DNA of 64,000 nt from Fidelibacterota bacterium (GTDB lineage: Bacteria; Fidelibacterota; Marinisomatia; Marinisomatales; TCS55). A model generated the notes under the pieces. That model worked only from the letters and a program-made list of their open reading frames with translations, did not search any database and had not been told where the DNA came from. Made by a program: the position numbers and the translations under genes. The stretch covers positions 945,347-1,009,346 of the forward strand of contig OZ252221.1 in NCBI GenBank assembly GCA_965249165.1, in the 5' to 3' direction. Position 1 is the first letter of the stretch; every line of letters begins with the position of its first letter. Below are positions 54,535-63,410 of the stretch, in pieces.

Positions 54535-55782
54535 TTATTTATATCTTTGAAAAATAAATAAAAATGAAAATACTATTATCCATGTCATTATAATACTATT
54601 ATAAATAAAAATACTTATTACTGGCGAATATAAAATAAATGCATAAAAAGACGTTAATGGAAATAACCAAAATATATTATTATTTAAAGTTTTATTAAAT
54701 GTTACAGTAGATAAAAACCCCATTATCATTCCCATCAATAATGTCCCAAATAATGAAAAATCATTTATTAAACCCCTAAGAGATGAATAAACATTGGTAA
54801 AGTATAAATTATAAATATGAGTATGATTATAAAAACCAAGTTTTCTTTCCATTAAATTCAATAAATCAAATGGACCAGCAAAAGTTGACATACCCAGAGT
54901 ATAATCAATATTATAATTATAAGTAACCCAAGTCGTAAATGCAGATAAATAACCAAAAAAGTATAATTTCATTCTTCCAATAATTAAATCAGTAAACATT
55001 TCTCCACCAGCCAAACGAATCCAATCAAGAGCGACAAACAAGAGGATAAAAAGGCTTCCAGCTATTATTAGAAAAACAAATGTTTTTTTATTTAATAATT
55101 TCTTCAAGTTATCATTGGTAGCAACTCTAGAGCCAATATATGCTGCTAACCAAACAACAATAGCTAAAAGAATTGTTGTTCGCACTGTTTCAATTGTCCC
55201 TTTTAATACAGCTATCATTAATGGTGATAAATAAAGTAAAGTTTCTTTTTTAGTTCTGGAAATTCCGTATCCTATTCCACCAAACATTGCAGCAGGAAAT
55301 ACCCAATAAATGAAAAATTTTATATAAATGGGTAAAATAAGTAATTCATTATATCTTTCAGCAGAAATTTGATTTGGTAAAATAAGAAAACTAATAAAAC
55401 TATAATCTAGATTAAATCTAGATATAGTATAAATGAGCATTAAAACAAGTCCAATAATTGATAAAATGGAACTTATAATTGTACCAGATTTTACCAAACT
55501 AGAAAACTTTATAATTTCTGCTGATTGGCTATTTGCTTCTATCTTGTTTTCTGAAATAGCAAATAAGGAACCTATCCCAACAGACATGCAAATCGCAAAA
55601 ATAATCCAAATACCAAAAGCTGGGATATAATACTCAGGTGTAAAAACTATAGGACAAATAATAAAAAAGAACCATAGGAGAGAAAAAAATGCACCTGGAG
55701 CAAGCCAAGACTTATGAATCTTTCTAAGAAAGCATGCGGTTATAAATAATAAAATAAGTGGAAGGATAATTTGGTTATTCAT
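54535..55782 (-). CDS. Polytopic membrane protein, O-antigen/EPS polymerase-like (Wzy/EpsG-type)
   Basis: 415 aa with at least 10 hydrophobic helices and one larger loop. Located next to the flippase-like gene in a glycan cluster. No diagnostic motif, as is usual for Wzy. Confidence 0.5.
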   Translation of the reverse strand: MNNQIILPLILLFITACFLRKIHKSWLAPGAFFSLLWFFFIICPIVFTPEYYIPAFGIWIIFAICMSVGIGSLFAISENKIEANSQSAEIIKFSSLVKSGTIISSILSIIGLVLMLIYTISRFNLDYSFISFLILPNQISAERYNELLILPIYIKFFIYWVFPAAMFGGIGYGISRTKKETLLYLSPLMIAVLKGTIETVRTTILLAIVVWLAAYIGSRVATNDNLKKLLNKKTFVFLIIAGSLFILLFVALDWIRLAGGEMFTDLIIGRMKLYFFGYLSAFTTWVTYNYNIDYTLGMSTFAGPFDLLNLMERKLGFYNHTHIYNLYFTNVYSSLRGLINDFSLFGTLLMGMIMGFLSTVTFNKTLNNNIFWLFPLTSFYAFILYSPVISIFIYNSIIMTWIIVFSFLFIFQRYK

Positions 55783-55787
55783 CTAAT

Positions 55788-57032
55788 TTAATGTCTTAGC
55801 CAAAGAGCTCTTGAGGCAATAGTAGAGAGTAGTAAATAGATAATTCCAGATGCAACTGATGTATAAGCAGTAGCTAGGATACCATATTTTGGTAGAAAAA
55901 TATTATTTCCAATTATTGTAATAATTGCTGAAACCAATATAAATAATAACATTGTTCCTGATTTTTCTTTTAACTCTAATGGCTTATGAATTAGAAGTGC
56001 ATACTGCCAGATAAATCCACTTAATACAATTGGAATTAAAATAGGGGAGAGAGAATCATCAAGTTCGGGGAAAATAGATAGTATTAAATTAAAAATGTTA
56101 GTTTTGAAAGGAATAAATAATATTAAAAGTATTGCTAAAGCTGATGCTTGTAAAAATAAGCTCTGTTTAAGCACGTCTTTTGCTTCTTTAATATTATTAT
56201 TATTCCAAAGATTCATAATTCTTGGATGCACTGCTAGTGTCAAAGGAAATAAAATTATCGAAAACATCCTTGTAAACACTTCAACATATCCAGCATAAGA
56301 GCCCATTATATCAGACCCTAAATAATATTCAACAAAATATCTTTCCATAAAACGCAGTGACAGACTTATAACAAACCAAAAAGAAAGAGGGACTCCATAT
56401 TGCATTAAAGGTTGTATCGTCTTTAATGAAAAATTGAGTTTTTTAATAGTTTTATATTTCCTTTTTAATACTATAATAATAAATGGAGTGGAGTATGCTA
56501 CTATTAATCCTTTAATCATGTTGAAATGTATTGGATTGAAAACATTTAATAAAATTAAAGGAACAACAACTGAAAGAATGGCTTGTAAAATATTTAATTT
56601 CAAAACCATGCTTGGATTTTGTTTTGATTGAAAATAATTCGATGAAATAGTAAAGCCACCTATTGAAATAGCTAAAATCCACAAAACTAATGGATTAGAA
56701 TAATGTGGAAATTCAAAATATTGAAAACCGCTAATTATTATAAGACTTACAAAGCTCGCTATTATTGAACCACCAATAATATTATCAGATACATTATTAT
56801 TGTTTTTCATTTTTATATAATATCTAACAATCGATTGCCCCAACCATCCAAATGAAAAAGCTGAGCACATATTTACAAATGAAAATAATAAACTATAACG
56901 ACCATACTCTTTAGGCCCTAAAATATTAAAAAATAATACTATTGATAATAATCCTGTTAATCCAGGGGTTATTTTAGCAACCAGATAAGAAAAATAATCT
57001 TTTAATATTGGTAAATTTGTTTTTGTAATCAT
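55788..57032 (-). CDS. Polysaccharide/oligosaccharide flippase (MOP/PST family, Wzx-like)
   Basis: 414 aa, about 12 TM. N-terminal pattern ...LVAKITPGLTGLLSIVLFFNILGPKEYGRYSLLFS... is typical of PST-family flippases. Confidence 0.6.
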   Translation of the reverse strand: MITKTNLPILKDYFSYLVAKITPGLTGLLSIVLFFNILGPKEYGRYSLLFSFVNMCSAFSFGWLGQSIVRYYIKMKNNNNVSDNIIGGSIIASFVSLIIISGFQYFEFPHYSNPLVLWILAISIGGFTISSNYFQSKQNPSMVLKLNILQAILSVVVPLILLNVFNPIHFNMIKGLIVAYSTPFIIIVLKRKYKTIKKLNFSLKTIQPLMQYGVPLSFWFVISLSLRFMERYFVEYYLGSDIMGSYAGYVEVFTRMFSIILFPLTLAVHPRIMNLWNNNNIKEAKDVLKQSLFLQASALAILLILFIPFKTNIFNLILSIFPELDDSLSPILIPIVLSGFIWQYALLIHKPLELKEKSGTMLLFILVSAIITIIGNNIFLPKYGILATAYTSVASGIIYLLLSTIASRALWLRH

Positions 57033-57208
57033 TGAGGTTTTTGTAAAATTTTTTAAAGTGAAGAATTATCGACATCAATTTTATAATATCTTTGATATAG
57101 TCATAAGAATAATTAATTATAAAATTTGATTAAAGATTGATAATGGCTTGACCTAATATAATGTAAATATAATTATTGAATAATTTGTATAAACATAGTA
57201 ATAATGAT

Positions 57209-58441
57209 TTAGTTATCTAAATCATATTGTCCATACTCATCTGTTTTTAATACATAAATATCGTATAATCCTTTCCCATAAGATTTTGTAGACCCAACTA
57301 GGATTAGATCCTTTATACAAGTTTCTTTAACAGCCCAACCCCAGTCAGACTCTCCTCCTTCAAAGCCAACATTCCACAATTCCTGCCCTTGCTGATCAAT
57401 TTTTATAAGATATATATCCTCATTATCCCCTTCATTCGTTTGATAATATGTTGTTGTACCAATTATTATTGCACCACCATCAAATGTAGGAGTGGAGGAC
57501 CAACGAGTATATCCATGACTACTTCCATTATAAATAGCAGACCACTGCATATTGCCGTCATAGTCAATTTTAATTACCTGGGGATCAAACCAACCATTGC
57601 CCCGGGAATTAGTGGCAGCGCATATTAAATATCCTGACGGATATGCTGGATGTATTGAATATGCTATTTCATCATAAGCCCCGGAAGAACCAAATGTCTT
57701 TTCCCAAATCATATTACCAAGGGAATCAGTCTTTATTAAATATATATCTTTACCAGCTTCATCATAATAATCTTTTGATCCAACCACCAAAAGCGAACCA
57801 TCATTTAATTCTTCTACATCGTATCCTATTTCATGATTTAATACACCAATCCCTTTTCGCCATATAGTATTACCTTGATTATCAATTTTTTGAAGCCAGA
57901 AGTCATGATTGCCATTACTTATACCAGGCGAATTAGTAAATCCTACTAAAACAAAATTTCCACTCATAGTTTCAATTATCTCATACGCTTTATCAAGATT
58001 TGATCCGCCATATATTTGATCCCATTCAAAATTACCATAATGGTCTACTTTAACTACATAAACATCATTTCCGCCACCATAAGAAGATGAATATCCTGCG
58101 GCAATGAAACCTCCATTCATACATTGCTTGACAGAATAAAATTCTTCATTTCCAGCGCCTCCATAATTTTTTTCCCACTCTCCAAAACCATCTTCATCTG
58201 TTTTAATAATTACTGCATCTTTAGTCCTATCTGATCGATACTCTTTAGATCCGCAGATAATGATGCCACCATCAAATGTTTCATCTATACCATATCCATA
58301 ATCATAAAAATCTGTCCCATATGTTCTCATGAAGCCTGATCCAGTTATATCTCCATTGACATATGTGACTATTCTCTCGCATGATAGAAAAATCATAGAA
58401 AGTATAATAATACTTGTTAATTGTTTATTATTTATATTCAT
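57209..58441 (-). CDS. Lipoprotein with six to eight beta-propeller-type sequence repeats
   Basis: Lipobox-like IFLSC. A roughly 50-aa repeat recurs: GY....T.DGG.I..G.......D..IIK.D..GN..W.K.YGG. Confidence 0.55.
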   Translation of the reverse strand: MNINNKQLTSIIILSMIFLSCERIVTYVNGDITGSGFMRTYGTDFYDYGYGIDETFDGGIIICGSKEYRSDRTKDAVIIKTDEDGFGEWEKNYGGAGNEEFYSVKQCMNGGFIAAGYSSSYGGGNDVYVVKVDHYGNFEWDQIYGGSNLDKAYEIIETMSGNFVLVGFTNSPGISNGNHDFWLQKIDNQGNTIWRKGIGVLNHEIGYDVEELNDGSLLVVGSKDYYDEAGKDIYLIKTDSLGNMIWEKTFGSSGAYDEIAYSIHPAYPSGYLICAATNSRGNGWFDPQVIKIDYDGNMQWSAIYNGSSHGYTRWSSTPTFDGGAIIIGTTTYYQTNEGDNEDIYLIKIDQQGQELWNVGFEGGESDWGWAVKETCIKDLILVGSTKSYGKGLYDIYVLKTDEYGQYDLDN

Positions 58442-58585
58442 TATTAATTAAAATTAATATTTCTTTTAAATTAATGGTTTTAAACCCTTTTAAACTAAAT
58501 AATAATTTTGATATATACTTAACGTTCATATATCTATTCAAAGTCCAACCAAGAGACGGACTTAGTCAAAAAAGTTGAGTCAAAG

Positions 58586-59449
58586 TTAAGCAACATGGTG
58601 TAATTCTCCATATTCAATAGGTGTCTGGTATCCCAAGGCTGAATGTAGCCTTTGGCGGTTGAAAAACACCTCTATGTATTCAAATATGTCTTGTGTTGCT
58701 TCTTGTCTAGTTTCATACGTATTCTGGTAGATCAGCTCTGTCTTTAAGGTCTTAAAGAATGATTCGGCCATTGCATTGTCATAACAATTCCCTTTTCCAC
58801 TCATACTCTGTCTAATCTGGTGCTCTGAAAGAAGTCTTTGAAAGGCATGACTGGCATATTGACTCCCCCGATCAGAATGAAAGATGACCGCTCCAGCCGG
58901 TCTTCTCTTGTTGAGCGCTCTTTTCATCGCCTGTATGACTAAAGACTGGGTCAGGCGTTGATGCACTGCCCAGCCAATAATCTCCCTGTTATAGGTGTCC
59001 ATCACTTGAGCGGAATACAGCCAACCCTCATTCGTATCAATATAAGTAATGTCTCCAACCCAGAGCTTATCCGGACCATCCACTCCAAAGCATTGACCCA
59101 CTAGATCCGGGGCAACCGGTAGCTGGTGAGTTGAATCAGTCGTGGCTTTAAACTGCCGCTGGGTTTTCGCCACGAGTCCATTGGCTCTCATCAGCCTGGC
59201 CACTCTCGCTTGAGAACAGGATAGGGACTGTCTGTTTAAGACCGGGGTGATCCTCGGACTCCCGTAAACACACTGATTCAGCCAATACACATCCTTGATC
59301 TTCTCCAGTAGAAACTCGTTCTCGTGCGCCCTCTTGCTCTGACTGCCCTTTCTCCACCGGTAGTAGCCCGCAGTGGTCACACCAAACATGGCGCAGAAGG
59401 TCTGAACCTTGTGGGTCTGCTTATGCTGATCGATAAACTCAAACTTCAT
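58586..59449 (-). CDS. IS3 transposase OrfB (DDE/rve integrase-core domain)
   Basis: ...LWVGDITYI...HSDRGSQYAS...GNCYDNAMAESFFKTLKTE... carries the DDE(35)E catalytic pattern of the rve domain. It is probably expressed as an OrfAB fusion. Confidence 0.9.
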   Translation of the reverse strand: MKFEFIDQHKQTHKVQTFCAMFGVTTAGYYRWRKGSQSKRAHENEFLLEKIKDVYWLNQCVYGSPRITPVLNRQSLSCSQARVARLMRANGLVAKTQRQFKATTDSTHQLPVAPDLVGQCFGVDGPDKLWVGDITYIDTNEGWLYSAQVMDTYNREIIGWAVHQRLTQSLVIQAMKRALNKRRPAGAVIFHSDRGSQYASHAFQRLLSEHQIRQSMSGKGNCYDNAMAESFFKTLKTELIYQNTYETRQEATQDIFEYIEVFFNRQRLHSALGYQTPIEYGELHHVA

Positions 59450-59748
59450 CGGCTTGTCTGTGAAAATATGCCCATGACTTTTTTTAAAATGTCTCGCTCT
59501 TCCTGCACCAACTCCAGGGCTCGCTTTAACCGCCGCATTTCCGCTTCATATTCCAGCACTTTACCATTACCCGGGAAACCGTGCCTGGAATCTGCTAAAA
59601 AGATTCGCTTCCATTTGTGGAGCGTATTTTGACTGACCCCAAGATCTCTGCACACTTTGGCCACACTTTGATGCTTTTCCAGTATCAACTTCAGGGCAGA
59701 TACCTTAAAATCACGATCATAGGTCTTCCTTATTCTTTTGTTTTCCAT
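59446..59748 (-). CDS. IS3 transposase OrfA (helix-turn-helix part)
   Basis: MENKRIRKTYDRDFKVSALKLILEKHQSVAKVCRDLGVSQNTLHKWKR.... I chose the ATG at 59748, inside the element. The longer ORF-track version starts outside the terminal repeat. Confidence 0.85.
   Translation of the reverse strand: MENKRIRKTYDRDFKVSALKLILEKHQSVAKVCRDLGVSQNTLHKWKRIFLADSRHGFPGNGKVLEYEAEMRRLKRALELVQEERDILKKVMGIFSQTSR
59478..59485 (-). promoter_or_regulatory. Programmed -1 ribosomal frameshift site (A AAA AAA G) of the IS3 transposase
   Basis: On the minus strand TTA AAA AAA GTC lies in the orfA frame. The -1 frame is open from here (KKSHGHIFTDKP) into the orfB ATG at 59449. Confidence 0.65.
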
Positions 59749-59899
59749 TTCGATTCCTTTCCACTTTTGCATATTAATTAGGTGCTTAACTTTATGTGGA
59801 CTTTTTTGACTAAGTCCAGCTATTCGTAGCAATTCGATTAATAAATATTGACGGTAGTCAGAAAAATCATTGATTAGAAGTGTTAAAAAAGAAACCCTA

Positions 59900-60110
59900 T
59901 TCGGACGGGTACGGAGAAGTCGATGGAAGTTACTTTGGTGCGGGCAGACAGTGAGGAATACATGGACATGGTGCAAAAGGAAAAGTAGTAGTATCCGGTT
60001 TGTCTAAACACCACGGGAAGATATATACCTAAGCAGTGCTCAATGTTTTTTGAACCACTCTGCAAGGCATATTATCAAAAAGGAGAAATTGTCTTCCTGA
60101 CGCGCTTATT
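59900..60110 (+). pseudogene. Decayed fragment of an IS1595-family (ISXO2-like DDE) transposase
   Basis: Reads GEVDGSYFGAGRQ*GIHGHGAKGKVVVSGLSKHHGKIYT*AV...TLQGI..KGEIVF. This resembles the remembered block EVDE.YFGG.RKG.RGRGA.GK..V.G...R.GKV....V......L......V..GS.V.TD, but it contains in-frame stops. Confidence 0.4.
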
Positions 60111-60185
60111 TGATGAAAAAGAATTTAAAGCTATGATCGCTAATATTGAGGAACTGCTGACTGCAAACATTCAACCGTAATACTT

Positions 60186-61991
60186 TTACGGCTGGCCAGA
60201 AACAATATCTACCAAGCGCAGGATATCAGCAACGGTCAGCTCATTATCGAAGTCCACATCGGCTGCGCAAAATTCAGTTCCATCATAAGTATCATTTCCT
60301 AAAATAAGAATTAGGAGATTGTACACATCAAACATATTAATAATCTGGTCATTAGTAATATCGCCCAAAACGAATTCACCACCAGTGGTAGAAGTGGTAA
60401 TGTCAGCTGCGGTTGATGTGGAATCATTGGCCAGGAGTCTTGTTACGCAATGATACTGATAGGATTGGCCGCATATTAAGTCATAATCTGTAAAGGATCC
60501 CAATCCGGATGAGATCGAGGCGTGGGCCAGCCCATTGCGACTGATGTCAATCACAAAATCGGATATGGGATCACCCCCAAACAACATGGTGGGATCGGTC
60601 CAACTCAACACCACTTCGAACCCATTGGACATGTCCATCTGCAGCTCGGTCACTGGGTTAGGATCCAGAGAATCCGCACTCATGGGCCTTCCATCAATAA
60701 ACTGTACATCTGTATTATTGGGGTCAAGCCAGTCTTTTAGTCTTTGTGTTTCACTGGGATCAGAATCCCAAGAATAGGATAGCTTTCCATATGTCATATC
60801 TAGTTGATCACAATAGGGTAAACTTGGATCATATATTGAAGGTCCAGTTAAATCACCAACAATTTGATAGTTGCTGTTAAATAATGGCGAGCCGGATGAA
60901 CCATGTTCCATAGTTCCATCAGTAAAACTTACTAGCCAATGTGTATCATAATATGATGTAGCTGAACCCGCTGCATAAGATATTTTCTTAATATCACTTG
61001 ATGGATGGTGTATTCCAGTATTGCCACTACTTGGATCAATTCTTGACCAACCGGAATAAAAAACATCATAATCCGATGGAATGGTCTCATTGTTGACCTC
61101 AAGCAAAGCAAAATCAGAAAAGAAATTCATCGCTCTTACAATCATACCCTGTACTGTTTCGTCTGTAGGACCGTCTTGGTTTGCACAACCAGGACTCTCA
61201 TAATTAAACATTATTATCCAATTCAGTTGGTCGCCTGGTTGATGTCCAAAATAACTGACACAATGTTCTGCTGTCAGAAAATATTGTATATCTTCATTTT
61301 CTGCATTATTGATCAATGCGCCAGAACACAAACGCGTATTATCTGCAAGCAATAACATCCCCACGGATCGCTTTTGGTCGTACCAATCAGACCACTCCGG
61401 ACAATTCACATTATTGTTACAAGATTCTGAATCTCCATAATCGAAGATATTCCTGTAATCATGAACTACAAAGGCTATTTCCAGCAATTCTCCCGTTATA
61501 CCGGGTGGCATATACAGTTCAATAATAATACTTTCACCTTGCACAGGTTGTGTGGAAAATTCACCGTTTGGTTTGTTATTGTAGTCTGTAAATGCGCCGA
61601 TGGTATGGGTTTCTGTATCGTTGTAGATGAATAGTTTTGCGCCAGCAGGTAATTGGTAATTGCTGTAAACAAGGCTAATGGAATATGCGCCAGCAGAACG
61701 AATCTTTATTCGCCAAAGCCTGTCACCATTATCCAGATCTTCCCATAAGCCGGAGTTGTTCAGGTTCAATTGTGTAGGATGGGCATAGGCAAATCGCATC
61801 GGTGTTTCTATGGGTGCTAAGGCATCTTCCATTATTAACGAATCCACATTCACAACCGGCATGGTTGCCACCGGTATTGCACTCCTATTTAAACCCTGGC
61901 TGATCCCATAAGGCGTTTCTCTTGTACTGACTTGTGCCCATACGACAGTGAACAGTACTATTATTCCACAAAATATGGATGATCGTTTCAT
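60186..61991 (-). CDS. Secreted trypsin-fold serine endopeptidase (lysyl/glutamyl-endopeptidase-like) with Ig/FN3-like spacer and C-terminal dockerin-like module
   Basis: Signal peptide MKRSSIFCGIIVLFTVVWAQ. Catalytic His context FLTAEHC, Ser context EHGSSGSPLFN. The C-terminus carries two Ca-loop-like segments, GDITNDQIINMFDV and DVDFDNELTVADILRLVD. Confidence 0.75.
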   Translation of the reverse strand: MKRSSIFCGIIVLFTVVWAQVSTRETPYGISQGLNRSAIPVATMPVVNVDSLIMEDALAPIETPMRFAYAHPTQLNLNNSGLWEDLDNGDRLWRIKIRSAGAYSISLVYSNYQLPAGAKLFIYNDTETHTIGAFTDYNNKPNGEFSTQPVQGESIIIELYMPPGITGELLEIAFVVHDYRNIFDYGDSESCNNNVNCPEWSDWYDQKRSVGMLLLADNTRLCSGALINNAENEDIQYFLTAEHCVSYFGHQPGDQLNWIIMFNYESPGCANQDGPTDETVQGMIVRAMNFFSDFALLEVNNETIPSDYDVFYSGWSRIDPSSGNTGIHHPSSDIKKISYAAGSATSYYDTHWLVSFTDGTMEHGSSGSPLFNSNYQIVGDLTGPSIYDPSLPYCDQLDMTYGKLSYSWDSDPSETQRLKDWLDPNNTDVQFIDGRPMSADSLDPNPVTELQMDMSNGFEVVLSWTDPTMLFGGDPISDFVIDISRNGLAHASISSGLGSFTDYDLICGQSYQYHCVTRLLANDSTSTAADITTSTTGGEFVLGDITNDQIINMFDVYNLLILILGNDTYDGTEFCAADVDFDNELTVADILRLVDIVSGQP

Positions 61992-62765
61992 TTTATTATC
62001 CTCATAGTTCGGTTAGGTACTACTTGCTCCGGCTGCCGGGGTTCATTTCCTCGCTTTTTGTGCTTTTCTGGTCTTTTTTGATCTAAAAGGACGCACCTTT
62101 TCTCTGTTTATGCTTTTGACAGTAAATAATCTACTTTGAAAATATCGTTCAGCATACAATTAAGGTTAAATCGCCATTCATTTCAATCCCAAGGTTTTCG
62201 CGACTGTTCTCCGGTATTCCAGTTTTTCTTTTGGGTAAACAAAAGGATATAAATATGAACTGAAGGATAAACATCACTATACTCCGTTCTTTTCCGCCGA
62301 AATGCGGTTGAACCCTGTGAGCCCTGCTAATGTCATATACTTTCCCCGCAGCTCATCTGAAACTCCTTGCTACATAGGCTTTCTCAAATACTTGACTAAC
62401 AAAACAAACGGCATTATCTTTTACTGTCATTCTATAAATTGACATAAATGTATTACCCGGAAAACAATATTGATCATCAAATACCGCTTCCCAGGTCAGA
62501 CCATTATAGTGATACACGAATCCACCTGACCTGTGAAAAAATATCATTAAAATTTGTCCTTCTGTTTCAGATCAATCATGTTTTACCGCCACTATTACGG
62601 ATATTTTTGTTTTTTTCAATATAGTCAATTGTTATAGTAAAAAATTTATATATACAATATCTTTATCAATATTCATCTAAATCTTTGTAATTGTACCTTC
62701 CGTTTGTTTTTGGAGATTCATCAGTAAGTATATAGAATCCACTTGTCTAATAAAACTGTAATTAA

Positions 62766-63137
62766 TTGGTATATTCACAATCAGAATCAACACCCTTTGC
62801 AAAAACAATGATGGAAAATATTATTCAACTTTTCGTTGAGAATCCCGTATACCTAGCCGCAGCGGCTGTATTGGCCCTGATTATCATTATTGGCGTGATT
62901 CGTAAATTCATGAAATTGGTGCTTGTTGCCGCCGCTGTATTTGTCTTATACATTGCCTATATGGTGTGGACAGACCAGGAAGTGGATGTGAACCGTATCA
63001 AAGAAGATGTTCAATCGGCCAGTGAGGCTTTGTCAGAAAAAGTTGACGAAATGAAAGAATCCTTTAAGGAAAAAGTCGATGAAACAGTCCAGGATCAATT
63101 AGAAGAAAAAGTAGAGGAGTTAACTGAACATAAATAA
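62766..63137 (+). CDS. Small membrane-anchored protein with acidic coiled-coil tail
   Basis: 123 aa. Two hydrophobic helices (YLAAAAVLALIIIIGVI; LVLVAAAVFVLYIAYMVW) are followed by a repetitive EKVDE...KEKVDE...EEKVEE tail. The start codon is uncertain. Confidence 0.45.
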   Translation: MVYSQSESTPFAKTMMENIIQLFVENPVYLAAAAVLALIIIIGVIRKFMKLVLVAAAVFVLYIAYMVWTDQEVDVNRIKEDVQSASEALSEKVDEMKESFKEKVDETVQDQLEEKVEELTEHK

Positions 63138-63410
63138 TTGTTTTGCCCAGGTGGATGGTCAATTGCTTCACAAGCCTCTAAATCATTCCCATATTGCTGT
63201 TCATTTTTTTAAAAACCCCCTGAATGATCTTGAGTTATACAACGAAAGAAATGATTGAACGGTTTATCAACATTGGAAAGGTAATTATATCATTATGTTT
63301 AAAACAGATATATCGGAACATAAGATAATCCTTACCATCGGCAACCTACTCAAGCGATGGTTGCAGCTGCTAAATTATCCCGCGTGCATTTTTCCGTCAC
63401 CCCAAATTCA

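Larger units (their letters stand above)
58558..59817 (-). mobile_element. IS3-family insertion sequence, apparently intact (1,260 bp)
   Basis: Terminal inverted repeats GGACTTAGTCAAAAAAGT at both ends (58558-58575 and reverse complement at 59800-59817), extended by the shared AAAGTTAAGCA. Two overlapping ORFs sit in 0/-1 frames with an A7G slippery run. I see no matching flanking direct repeat (left flank ...AGAGAC, right flank AGCTAT...). Confidence 0.9.

Noticed and set aside
59749-59976. Long version of the IS3 orfA ORF starting at 59976.
   Set aside because: It begins outside the element's terminal inverted repeat (59817), and its first 76 residues have no transposase similarity. The internal ATG at 59748 gives a typical 100-aa OrfA.
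62353-62547. 64-aa minus-strand ORF in the protease-upstream intergenic region.
   Set aside because: No ribosome-binding context and no recognisable motif. It sits in a long untranslated or promoter region, so it may be a gene fragment but is unsupported.
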